Positions 1 through 8,126 of a stretch of DNA of 64,000 bases are shown here, piece by piece; within the stretch, counting starts at the first letter, position 1; every line of letters starts with the position of its first letter. The stretch is from an uncultured virus (IMG/VR IMGVR_UViG_3300042559_001567) (lineage: Duplodnaviria; Heunggongvirae; Uroviricota; Caudoviricetes). The stretch covers positions 1-64,000 of the IMG/VR virus record IMGVR_UViG_3300042559_001567. One strand, written 5' to 3'. The notes beneath the pieces are model-generated. The model had not been told where the DNA came from and made no database searches. It was given only the letters and a program-made list of their open reading frames with translations. A program made the position numbers and the translations under genes.

Positions 1-228
1 GTGGCAGATGGATTTTTATCAATACCTGGTGTTGGTGAAAATATTGATTCAGAATTATTAAGAAACGTATGTTCAAATTGTATCTATCATAGTTTAGATT
101 CGGCGGCATTATGGGCTACCCCTGCTGGAGTTGGTATTGCAATCGGAACTGCAGTAGCACCTATTATAGCAGATTTGATATGTACTAGAACTTGTCCTAA
201 TGGATTCAGTAAAGCATTGGGTGCGTAA
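1..228 (+). CDS. 3' end of a hypothetical Cys-containing protein with a hydrophobic segment (probably truncated by window start)
   Basis: Open frame from base 1 to TAA at 226-228; CSNC and CTRTC pairs flank a GVGIAIGTAVA hydrophobic stretch. Confidence 0.6.
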   Translation: MADGFLSIPGVGENIDSELLRNVCSNCIYHSLDSAALWATPAGVGIAIGTAVAPIIADLICTRTCPNGFSKALGA

Positions 229-266
229 TATTAATAAAATAAACTAAAAAACTAAAAACAAATACA

Positions 267-578
267 ATGTCAGAAGAAGTAGAACAATCAGAAGGAACTT
301 GGTCGGGTTTAAAAAAGACAATAATTGGGGTTGCAGGAACATTAGTGACCGCGGCGGGAGTATGGTTATCAACACTTTTAGGTGGTGGTGATAAAGCAGA
401 ACCGGCACCACAACAAGCGGCACCAGTAATAAACATTACAAATTCACAAACTCAACAACAATCGGCGGGTGGTGGTAAGACTGTAATTATTAAAGAAAAA
501 GAAACAGTTAAAGAAAAACCAGCTCCTGTAAAAAAGAAAGAAGGTGATGAGTTTAAAGAAGAGGCTCCTAAATGGTAA
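267..578 (+). CDS. Single-pass membrane protein, hypothetical
   Basis: N-terminal TM helix (TIIGVAGTLVTAAGVWLSTLL), then a Q/P-rich linker and charged tail; A-rich leader before ATG. Confidence 0.75.
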   Translation: MSEEVEQSEGTWSGLKKTIIGVAGTLVTAAGVWLSTLLGGGDKAEPAPQQAAPVINITNSQTQQQSAGGGKTVIIKEKETVKEKPAPVKKKEGDEFKEEAPKW

Positions 579-587
579 AAATTTAAA

Positions 588-743
588 ATGGAACAGGGAT
601 TAAGTTTTATAGCGGTAATCGTATTATGTATGATAGCTATGTTTGTATTTAATTCCCAATCGATGTTTTTAACATTTTTTATTGGGGGTTGTAGTTATTT
701 ATTAATAAGAGGTAGAAAAAAGGGATGGTCTTGGAAAAGATAA
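588..743 (+). CDS. Small 51-aa two-TM membrane protein (not in ORF track)
   Basis: Manual translation MEQGLSFIAVIVLCMIAMFVFNSQSMFLTFFIGGCSYLLIRGRKKGWSWKR; fills the gap between neighbours. Confidence 0.65.
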   Translation: MEQGLSFIAVIVLCMIAMFVFNSQSMFLTFFIGGCSYLLIRGRKKGWSWKR

Positions 744-757
744 AAAATAATAATAAT

Positions 758-1003
758 ATGAATAATATAAAATACTACATACTAAGATATTGGGTTTCTA
801 TAATTTTTTTAGGATTAGCGATCTATTTTTACGAACCAATACAATCAATAACACATTGTTCACCAAACACATTAAGTAGTGATACTCCTAAAACCATTTT
901 GGGTTTGGGTGAAATGACTTTAATGTGGATACTAATGGCAATAGCTCACGGTGCTAATTCCTGTTATTGTGATATAAAATCTCTTTTAAAAAAAAATAAA
1001 TAA
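758..1003 (+). CDS. Small two-TM membrane protein
   Basis: Track ORF 725..1003; ATG at 758 preferred because it avoids overlap with 588..743; two hydrophobic segments. Confidence 0.65.
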   Translation: MNNIKYYILRYWVSIIFLGLAIYFYEPIQSITHCSPNTLSSDTPKTILGLGEMTLMWILMAIAHGANSCYCDIKSLLKKNK

Positions 1004-1005
1004 AA

Positions 1006-1635
1006 ATGGCAGAAAACAAACAACCACCAAGTGGTTTTAAAGATTTATTAAGTAATATGATGGCCAGAAGATGGTACATCACCGCATTGGTATTGGGTGG
1101 ATTCATGTTTATTATAGGAGGAATGTTCTTTGCTATATTAAATAAATCAGCAATAGAAGGAGAATGGAAAGAACTTCTTCTATTATTGTTAGGAGCTTTC
1201 ATCGGTTCTTATGGTAAAATAATTGACTATTGGTTTAGTGATACCGATAAGGATAAGATGTTAGTTCAGAAAATGGATGAAGAAGATGGCACATCATTAA
1301 GCAATACCGCCGATTTACCACCAACTCCACCAAACAACACTCCAATCATACCAGAGGAGTTTCAAACCGCTATTGAAAACTCAAAAATAGAAAAGGTAAA
1401 TGATACGTTTGAACAAGTACCAACCGTTCAACCAAGAACTGGTGTTGAAGTTGATGAAGATGGTGATGGTACAATGGATGGTATAGATTTTGATGGTGAT
1501 GGTAAAATTGATATGTATTTTGCACATAGACAATGTGAACACGTTTGGGGTGACTTGGATGGTGACGGAATCGAGGAATGTTTAAAGTGTGGTAAAATAA
1601 AAGATGAAAATGCAGAAATGCATATGGAAGGATAA
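1006..1635 (+). CDS. Two-TM membrane protein with DxDGDG Ca-binding-type loops and a C-terminal Cys/His metal site
   Basis: Two TM helices; DEDGDG, DFDGDG and DLDGDG motifs; CEH...CLKC. Confidence 0.75.
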   Translation: MAENKQPPSGFKDLLSNMMARRWYITALVLGGFMFIIGGMFFAILNKSAIEGEWKELLLLLLGAFIGSYGKIIDYWFSDTDKDKMLVQKMDEEDGTSLSNTADLPPTPPNNTPIIPEEFQTAIENSKIEKVNDTFEQVPTVQPRTGVEVDEDGDGTMDGIDFDGDGKIDMYFAHRQCEHVWGDLDGDGIEECLKCGKIKDENAEMHMEG

Positions 1636-1660
1636 TAAATAAAATTAAAACAAGACAAAA

Positions 1661-1909
1661 ATGAATTTTAAACAATGGGTAATCGAACTCTTCAAAGATG
1701 AAAGAGGTTCAATATCGGTAAAACCGGTAATAGCAATGATAGGTGCTTTATTCCTATGTATAACGATGATTTTAAATTCGTTCTCTCATGCGGATTTTGC
1801 CCCGTCACCTGAATTGGTGAATGCAGTGATGTTAATCACGGGAATTGGAATGGGTGCTGACACTTTGGATAAGTTCTCTCACAAAAAGAAAGATGAGATG
1901 GAAGGTTAA
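1661..1909 (+). CDS. Small two-TM membrane protein (holin-like topology)
   Basis: 82 aa, two TM helices, charged C-terminus. Confidence 0.6.
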   Translation: MNFKQWVIELFKDERGSISVKPVIAMIGALFLCITMILNSFSHADFAPSPELVNAVMLITGIGMGADTLDKFSHKKKDEMEG

Positions 1910-1913
1910 TATT

Positions 1914-1938
1914 AAGGAGGGATAAAACCCTCCTTTTT
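1914..1938 (+). terminator. Intrinsic terminator
   Basis: AAGGAGGG-ataaaa-CCCTCCTT followed by T run. Confidence 0.75.
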
Positions 1939-1969
1939 AATAAAAATTTATTTAAAAAATTAATTAAAA

Positions 1970-2137
1970 ATGGAAGAAAATAATGAAATTGTTACTGTTA
2001 TTGAAGAAATAATTACGGAACCTGAAATTGTTTCAGTTGTTGAGGAAGTTATTCCTGAACCGGAAATTGTTGTTGTAGAAGAAATTATAAATAACACACC
2101 TAAAAGAAAATCCCACCCAAAAAATTGGAAGGGTTAA
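1970..2137 (+). CDS. 55-aa acidic low-complexity protein (not in ORF track)
   Basis: MEENNEIVTVIEEIITEPEIVSVVEEVIPEPEIVVVEEIINNTPKRKSHPKNWKG; three EIV...EE repeats. Confidence 0.55.
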   Translation: MEENNEIVTVIEEIITEPEIVSVVEEVIPEPEIVVVEEIINNTPKRKSHPKNWKG

Positions 2138-2147
2138 GATAAAATGT

Positions 2148-2870
2148 ATGAAAAAATTATTAACATTATTAAGCGTTTTTTTACTAAGCGTTGTTGTTGT
2201 TAACGGACAAACAATAGGTAAAACTAAAACAGAAGACTACAAGGCGGACTTCGAAAAGAAAAGAGATATTAGTGATTATATGGATTACGACGGTCCACAA
2301 ATTCCAATTCAAATATTAAAGGCAGGAATTTCTGATGAGATGTATGAAATGTATCCTGAACTAAAAGAAAAACGTGTTGGTTTGGGGGTTGCTAATATTT
2401 CAATGGAATATCTTGAAAACTTAAACAGATTCAAATTTACTGAGGATAAAACAGAAATTAAGAATCGTATGGTAAAGCAATTCCAAGCATCCCAATCTGG
2501 TATTTCCGAGAATAAATTAGATGGTCGTGGTAAAATAAATTTGGCAAAGTATTTTGTCACTATTGAGTGTTATGATTACTCGGTGTCGGAAGATGAAACC
2601 ATCAACCTTAAAAATGGTATACAAGACAATATGGTGACTCGTATAGGTCTTCAGGTTAGATTTACAGATGCTGAAACAGGTGTTGTATTTGGTGGATCGG
2701 GTTTAGGTGAGGCAACCACAAAAAGAGAGTTAACCCTTTTATCTGATGCAACTGTAGACCCAATAAAATTTAATCAATCAACAATTTCCATAGCAACTAA
2801 AAAGGCTTTAGATATTGCATGTGCTAACATCCTTGATAGAATGATTAAAAAAGGAATATTCACAAAATAG
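2148..2870 (+). CDS. CsgG/HfaB-like secreted protein (curli assembly/transport family fold)
   Basis: Sec signal peptide ending VNG|Q; pattern GLGVANI..EYL..LNRFKFTE, LAKYFV and GLQVRFTDAETG resembles the CsgG/TolB-N-like family; no lipobox Cys. Confidence 0.65.
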   Translation: MKKLLTLLSVFLLSVVVVNGQTIGKTKTEDYKADFEKKRDISDYMDYDGPQIPIQILKAGISDEMYEMYPELKEKRVGLGVANISMEYLENLNRFKFTEDKTEIKNRMVKQFQASQSGISENKLDGRGKINLAKYFVTIECYDYSVSEDETINLKNGIQDNMVTRIGLQVRFTDAETGVVFGGSGLGEATTKRELTLLSDATVDPIKFNQSTISIATKKALDIACANILDRMIKKGIFTK

Positions 2871-2893
2871 TTTAATTACATTAAGAATTATTT

Positions 2894-2922
2894 AAAAGGA
2901 GGTGTAATAACCTCCTTTTTTT
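2894..2922 (+). terminator. Intrinsic terminator
   Basis: AAAAGGAGGT-gtaata-ACCTCCTTTT followed by T run. Confidence 0.8.
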
Positions 2923-2947
2923 ATATTTATAATAAAAGAATAACCAT

Positions 2948-3781
2948 ATGAAAACGTTATTAATATTATTATTACTTATCCCAACTATCGTGTTAGGACA
3001 AGTCTCATCATGGAGAAGTAATCCACCTACACCTCAAAGGTCAACACCATCAATACAACCACCAACTCCACAAAGAAATGATGTTAGTAATTGGAGAAAT
3101 CAACCACCATCAAATGGATATGATAGACCTCTAAGAACAAGACCAGGTTCAAACATAATTGTAAGAGACCCATGGTTAATGAATAATTTTGGATGGGGAT
3201 GGAATAGATGGGATATGTGGGGAGCACCTGCATTTGGTTGGAACTTTTGGAACCCAGGCTTTTACTTAAACGATTGGGGTTATAGACAACCTGCAAGAGT
3301 GTATGTTTATGATAATGGAAAATTGGACACCATTAAAGGTAAGAGACCAATCGTCAGCTTTGGTATTCAGAAAACAGGTGGTAATCAGATTGGTGGATTT
3401 TTTACAATAGGGACTAAAGCATATTTTATTGCTGAATATAACTCAACATTTGAAAGAGATAATTCAACATTCTTTCCTTATGGTAATATAACACAAGTCG
3501 ATTTTCCAATGGTAAGTGATTTGATAGAACAAAGAAATTTCTATGTTGGTGTTGGTAAGAGGATTAAAAGAACGGGTATTCACCTTATGATTGGTAGTGT
3601 GACGGAAGATGTGAAGTGGAGAGGTAAAGATGATATTGGATATATTACTTTCCCAAAATATAAAGATAGATTCGCAACTGTTAAAGTTGGAATATTACAC
3701 GATTTCAAAAATATAACAATAAAGTATGACTATGACCCGGTAATTCGTAACGGTACCTTTGGTTTAGGTATCAATTTTTAA
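2948..3781 (+). CDS. Predicted outer-membrane beta-barrel protein with Pro-rich and Trp/Gly-rich N-terminal region
   Basis: Signal peptide VLG|Q; alternating beta-strand pattern; ends GTFGLGINF (terminal Phe, BAM-type signal). Confidence 0.7.
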   Translation: MKTLLILLLLIPTIVLGQVSSWRSNPPTPQRSTPSIQPPTPQRNDVSNWRNQPPSNGYDRPLRTRPGSNIIVRDPWLMNNFGWGWNRWDMWGAPAFGWNFWNPGFYLNDWGYRQPARVYVYDNGKLDTIKGKRPIVSFGIQKTGGNQIGGFFTIGTKAYFIAEYNSTFERDNSTFFPYGNITQVDFPMVSDLIEQRNFYVGVGKRIKRTGIHLMIGSVTEDVKWRGKDDIGYITFPKYKDRFATVKVGILHDFKNITIKYDYDPVIRNGTFGLGINF

Positions 3782-3782
3782 A

Positions 3783-5240
3783 ATGAAAAAATATATTATC
3801 TCTCTCCTAATATTGTTTTTTTGTGGTAAATCTTTTGGACAAACGTACACTCAAACATTTATTGATAAATGTAGTGGTGAAAAAAAGATAGCAACAACAA
3901 CCATCATAAATGGTAATGCTACTGTGTCTTTTTACAATCAAGTAAGAACATTTTCTCCTATGGAAGTACAAACGGGAGTTGTACAGACTTGGTTATTTAC
4001 AACTAAAGCAACATATGAGGCATTAACTTGTCCTGTAATTAATAATCCAATTGTTCAACAAACGGTAGCAAATGCGGCTGCACAAACCGCAAGTAATGCT
4101 GCAGCATCGGCAGCATCTGCAGCCGCTAGTTCTGCTGCAAGTGGTGCGGCAAGTAGTGCTGCATCATCATCGGCAAGTTCTGCTGCTAGTTCAAGTGCAA
4201 GTTCAGCTGCCGCAAGTTCCGCCGCGTCAACACCACCACCCACTACTCCACCACCAACAAGTAGTAGTTCATCAACACCTCCACCACCAAGTAGTGGAAG
4301 TTCATCATCTTCATCAAGTGGTTCGTCATCAAGTGGTGGATCATCCTCATCTTCTGAAACTAAAACAGAAACAAAAACCGAAACTAAATCGGAGACTAAG
4401 TCAGAATCAAAAACCGAAAGTAAATCTGAATCAAAAGAAGAATCTAAATCTGAAAGTAAATCCGAAGAAAAGAAAGAGGAATCTAAATCGGAAGAGAAAA
4501 AAGAAGAAAAGAAAGAGGAATCTAAAGAAGAAAAGAAGGAAGAGGAAAAGAAAAAAGAAGAGAAGAAAAAAGAAAAGGCGGTCGCAACAAATCCTATGTT
4601 ATTATCTTCTGATTTATCAACAATAGAATCACCTGACGGTAGATGGTTACAATCGGCCACTATTGGGGTATCTAAATCATCCTTGATGGGGGATAAAAGT
4701 TATTCCGCAAATACGGTTATTATGAGTGACCTAAAAACATTTATTGTTAGTGGTGGATACACTAAGATGGATTTCTCAGAAGGTAAATTAAAAGCAATAC
4801 ACTCATATTCTACCGCATTTGCTTATTTGAATGGGAACTACATGAATTTATTAGGTTATACATATATTAAACCAACACCAAAGCATGGTGTATTTGGTTA
4901 TAATTTAGGATTGATAAATTTATTTCTTAAAAATGAAAAAGATAACTATGATTATAACATGTCGTCATCGGTAGTCGCTTTTTGGACTAAACCATATCAA
5001 TATAGTAAAAAGTTGACGGTGTCTCCACAAATATTTACAATGTTTGCACCATTATCTTGGAACACTGTTGCAGGAACGTCCACCGTTAATCGACATATGG
5101 GATTCTTATTAGGTAGTTCGTTTGATTACAAGTTGAGTAAACGATTTGGGTTTAGTTTTAACTACAAATTGAGTGGAAACACATCTCCAGGTTCACCTTG
5201 GTTAAGTAATTTCTTAATAGGGTCAAGAATGGTACTATAA
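3783..5240 (+). CDS. Secreted protein: small Cys-pair N-domain, long Ala/Ser/Pro/Lys/Glu linker, C-terminal predicted beta-barrel
   Basis: Signal peptide SFG|Q; low-complexity linker ~4070-4580; amphipathic strands (FDYKLSKRFGFSFNY) in the last ~210 aa. Confidence 0.7.
   Translation: MKKYIISLLILFFCGKSFGQTYTQTFIDKCSGEKKIATTTIINGNATVSFYNQVRTFSPMEVQTGVVQTWLFTTKATYEALTCPVINNPIVQQTVANAAAQTASNAAASAASAAASSAASGAASSAASSSASSAASSSASSAAASSAASTPPPTTPPPTSSSSSTPPPPSSGSSSSSSSGSSSSGGSSSSSETKTETKTETKSETKSESKTESKSESKEESKSESKSEEKKEESKSEEKKEEKKEESKEEKKEEEKKKEEKKKEKAVATNPMLLSSDLSTIESPDGRWLQSATIGVSKSSLMGDKSYSANTVIMSDLKTFIVSGGYTKMDFSEGKLKAIHSYSTAFAYLNGNYMNLLGYTYIKPTPKHGVFGYNLGLINLFLKNEKDNYDYNMSSSVVAFWTKPYQYSKKLTVSPQIFTMFAPLSWNTVAGTSTVNRHMGFLLGSSFDYKLSKRFGFSFNYKLSGNTSPGSPWLSNFLIGSRMVL
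4070..4580 (+). repeat. Coding low-complexity repeats (SAA, SSS, KSE, KKEE blocks)
   Basis: Visible in DNA and translation; codons diversified. Confidence 0.85.
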
Positions 5241-5308
5241 AAAAAATCCCCGATGATTAAAACCAACGGGGATGTGACAAAAATGAAAATGTACCTCTCT
5301 CCTGATAC
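5239..5308 (-). ncRNA. Candidate ~70-nt small RNA (sRNA-1)
   Basis: Minus-strand TTGACA(5343-5338)-N17-TATAAT(5320-5315) upstream; ends in ATCCCCG/CGGGGAT hairpin plus U run; body complementary to the start region of gene 3783. Confidence 0.5.
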
Positions 5309-5310
5309 AA

Positions 5311-5661
5311 TTAAATTATAGACAATTCTTTTTTATTTGTCAATACTTCATATAAATTTTTTATTTCTGAACATTTTTCATAATCCTCAATACTTTCAAA
5401 ATACGGTAATACGTCTCTTGTTAAAACAATTGTGTCAGTTCTATTAAATTTAAACTCGGTATCCCATTCCAAACCTTGTATAATCGCTTGAATATAAAGT
5501 GTTAATACTCTTTTTTTATTGTCTTTGAAACCATAAAAAACCTCCAAAATATTTTCATAAATTGATTTTTTATTAATATCATAAAAATCAGTGAAATCTT
5601 CATATTTCCCCTTTATGTACATTTTTTTATATGGTGTTCTTGTTTTTTTTGTGTAAGCCAT
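5311..5661 (-). CDS. Hypothetical protein with C-terminal UVR (uvrB/uvrC)-like motif
   Basis: YFESIEDYEKCSEIKNL matches the EdYEkAa.ir pattern. Confidence 0.6.
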   Translation of the reverse strand: MAYTKKTRTPYKKMYIKGKYEDFTDFYDINKKSIYENILEVFYGFKDNKKRVLTLYIQAIIQGLEWDTEFKFNRTDTIVLTRDVLPYFESIEDYEKCSEIKNLYEVLTNKKELSII

Positions 5662-5712
5662 TGTCTAATATTTGGTTAGTGTAATATAAATAATTTTTTT
5701 TTAAAATAAAAA

Positions 5713-6198
5713 TTAATTTTCCTTACTTCTATCCCATTTTGCTTTTCTGGCTTCTGGAGAAAGTATCATTGGCTCGTCTATTGTGTGTTCAATTTTAACC
5801 CTAATACAGGTTTGGGGTAAACCACAGTTCATTAAATAATTATTAATATATCCCATCATATTAGCACTACCGATTGGATTTGCGGAATGAACATAAATTT
5901 GGGGAAGGGGTATCTTTTTGGACATACTTTCAGCCACTAAAAATTTACAACAATCATATCCTGTTTTTTCATTAACTATGTTGTCATAATTTAAAACATA
6001 ATTATTTTTTACATTTGTATAGTACTCAATCATAGACTCATCACCTAAATCATGGTCTAACGAAATAACATCAAAATTTTCTAACCCATATAATCTAATG
6101 GTAGAAACAAAATGTTCATAATTTCTTATAATAACCCAATCAGTTCCAATTGGTGTTCTAACGTCGTCTAAGTATAATCTTTTTTTCTCAGTTTTCAT
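5713..6198 (-). CDS. Cyclic-phosphate-processing receiver-like domain protein
   Basis: LYLDDVR, ISLDHDLG, TGYD and VHSANPIG motifs; overlaps the end of the RNA ligase gene. Confidence 0.8.
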   Translation of the reverse strand: MKTEKKRLYLDDVRTPIGTDWVIIRNYEHFVSTIRLYGLENFDVISLDHDLGDESMIEYYTNVKNNYVLNYDNIVNEKTGYDCCKFLVAESMSKKIPLPQIYVHSANPIGSANMMGYINNYLMNCGLPQTCIRVKIEHTIDEPMILSPEARKAKWDRSKEN

Positions 6199-7396
6199 CT
6201 TTCTTAAATGGTTTTGAATATTCTGGTTTAACTATTTTCCAAATTATGTCATCGACTTTTTCATTATTTCCATTCCACATTGCGAACATAATCGCATGTA
6301 AAACTTTTTGTTGTTTCATAACAAATTCGGCAAATTCTTTTTTAGATGGCTCAGGGCCCCTGTCATTAAATTTTCCATATCTAAAACCATCATGTAATTT
6401 ACCTGCACGTTCTCTTAGTTGAAAACAAGCATATCTTAAATCTCGAACAGTTTCTTTAACCCATTGATTAAATTCGTCCGGAACTTTTTCAAGTAGTTCA
6501 TCAAATGGTTTATTATCTTTCAAATATTCCCATATATCTCTATTTGATACGTTGGTTAAAATTTTGTGAAGTCTAACATATTCTTCTCCTTTAATTTTCA
6601 TACGGAAACCATTATTGAAACGAATGACATAACCTTCCTTGTCTTTAGATATTTCTTCTTTCAATAAGTCATATCCTTCGCCCCAAGTTTTGTACGTTGT
6701 TACAACTTCAAAACCTTGTTCTTGCATAAAAAATATTGAACTATTGGGTAACTCCTCACCACTATCGGTATCTATAACACCAAGAAGAACTAACTTTTCT
6801 TCATTACCATAATTAACAACGATACGATTTTCGGGATAAATAATCTCAAACAAATAGGTTCTTTTTTTACTTAAAGAACTTACATCATATTTGTTATCAA
6901 GAATTTCTTTTCCCTTAATTGCTTGTGGTGATGTGAATGACCCACGAGTTGCCATTATCCATTCACCCTTAGTCTTTGGTGTTGGTTCATAATATGAATT
7001 ATCATAATCAGGTAAGTTGTTCGGGTCAAAAAACCTTTCCATGCCCGTTTCGTAATTATTATTAAACCATATGTTGTATCTCCTTTCATCACTCAATTCG
7101 TATTCGTAATAAAAGAGAATACCTAAAGAACCATCCATTTTTTCATAGACAACATAATCTTCATTTGGGATGTCTTCTGATTTATGTTCTTCGTAGTTGA
7201 AGAATTTCTTAAACGGTCTTGCAACAATTTTTCCTTTTGAGTTGGTTACCAATCCACGACATTGCAAAGTAATCTCATCCCATAATCTTTCATACTGAAC
7301 TTTTGGTGAATAATTCCAAATAGTTAAATCAAGAGTTGGGTGAGTTTGTTTATGTAACAAACCATCAGTATGGTATTTCTGTAAAATTTCCAACAT
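6188..7396 (-). CDS. rnlA: RNA ligase, T4 Rnl1-like
   Basis: CRGLV..ARPFKKFFN, motif I EKMDGSLG, ATRGSF, FEII, EGYV, KIKGEEY. Confidence 0.9.
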   Translation of the reverse strand: MLEILQKYHTDGLLHKQTHPTLDLTIWNYSPKVQYERLWDEITLQCRGLVTNSKGKIVARPFKKFFNYEEHKSEDIPNEDYVVYEKMDGSLGILFYYEYELSDERRYNIWFNNNYETGMERFFDPNNLPDYDNSYYEPTPKTKGEWIMATRGSFTSPQAIKGKEILDNKYDVSSLSKKRTYLFEIIYPENRIVVNYGNEEKLVLLGVIDTDSGEELPNSSIFFMQEQGFEVVTTYKTWGEGYDLLKEEISKDKEGYVIRFNNGFRMKIKGEEYVRLHKILTNVSNRDIWEYLKDNKPFDELLEKVPDEFNQWVKETVRDLRYACFQLRERAGKLHDGFRYGKFNDRGPEPSKKEFAEFVMKQQKVLHAIMFAMWNGNNEKVDDIIWKIVKPEYSKPFKKDEN

Positions 7397-7641
7397 TATC
7401 TAATAGGTTTATAAAATCCAACATTGTAAGTCCATTTTAACCAATTAAAAGACAAGTACACCGCACATATTTTATTTTCAAGTAATGTTTTATGTGATTC
7501 TGGTTCACATGTTTCAAAATAGATATATGCAAAAGGTAATGGGTATACAGCCCATTGATTTTTAAATAAGTGTGAACTAAATTTCATTTTTGTTTTTTTT
7601 TGTGAGATTATTTTAAAATAAGATTCAATAAATTGACTCAT
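7396..7641 (-). CDS. Hypothetical protein
   Basis: 81-aa ORF abutting both neighbours in an operon. Confidence 0.6.
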   Translation of the reverse strand: MSQFIESYFKIISQKKTKMKFSSHLFKNQWAVYPLPFAYIYFETCEPESHKTLLENKICAVYLSFNWLKWTYNVGFYKPIR

Positions 7642-8070
7642 CTATAATTTAATTTCAAACCTATTCTTCATTTGTTGAAGTTTATCTTTTGGGACTCCGT
7701 GGATATTTTCATTACCATGCCTATTCTCTACAATTATTGTATGAACCCTATAATTGTACCTTTCAGCCATTTTAAAATATTCATCCATTTCCCACTCCTG
7801 TGTAAATGTATTTGCAACCACAATTCTCACTTTTTGTTGTCTCATTCTTTCGGAACATCTAAATTGACAATAATTGTGTGCTTCTTTTAATTTTGTTGGG
7901 TCGAAATTATATTCACCATTTTCATCCTCAAAAAAATCATCTGCAGACAATATTTCTTGTGGGTTGTTATTTGGTTGTTGTAATATAACATTGGCAAATG
8001 TTGTTTTACCCGAACCAGGAATACCTCTGAGAAGTATTAAATCGCCTTGTTTTTCTGTATTTGTATCCAT
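7642..8070 (-). CDS. Standalone polynucleotide-kinase-like P-loop kinase
   Basis: LILLRGIPGSGKTT, SADDFF, VANTF, HGVP motifs. Confidence 0.85.
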   Translation of the reverse strand: MDTNTEKQGDLILLRGIPGSGKTTFANVILQQPNNNPQEILSADDFFEDENGEYNFDPTKLKEAHNYCQFRCSERMRQQKVRIVVANTFTQEWEMDEYFKMAERYNYRVHTIIVENRHGNENIHGVPKDKLQQMKNRFEIKL

Positions 8071-8090
8071 TGGAGAGAGATTTAAAAATT

Positions 8091-8126
8091 AAAAATAAGG
8101 TCGGATTGGTTACCGACCCCAATTTT
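8091..8126 (-). terminator. Probable terminator after the lipoprotein gene
   Basis: GGTCGG-attggtta-CCGACC hairpin with A/T tracts on both sides. Confidence 0.6.

Noticed and set aside
1914..2922. AAGGAGG runs as Shine-Dalgarno sites
   Set aside because: Both are 5' arms of terminator hairpins and are not positioned 5-10 nt before a start codon
4055..4660. Long alternative-frame and antisense ORFs (4055..4660 -, 4072..4626 +; similarly 22035..22514, 32115..32564, 44553..44948)
   Set aside because: Shadows of low-complexity or biased coding sequence in the real genes
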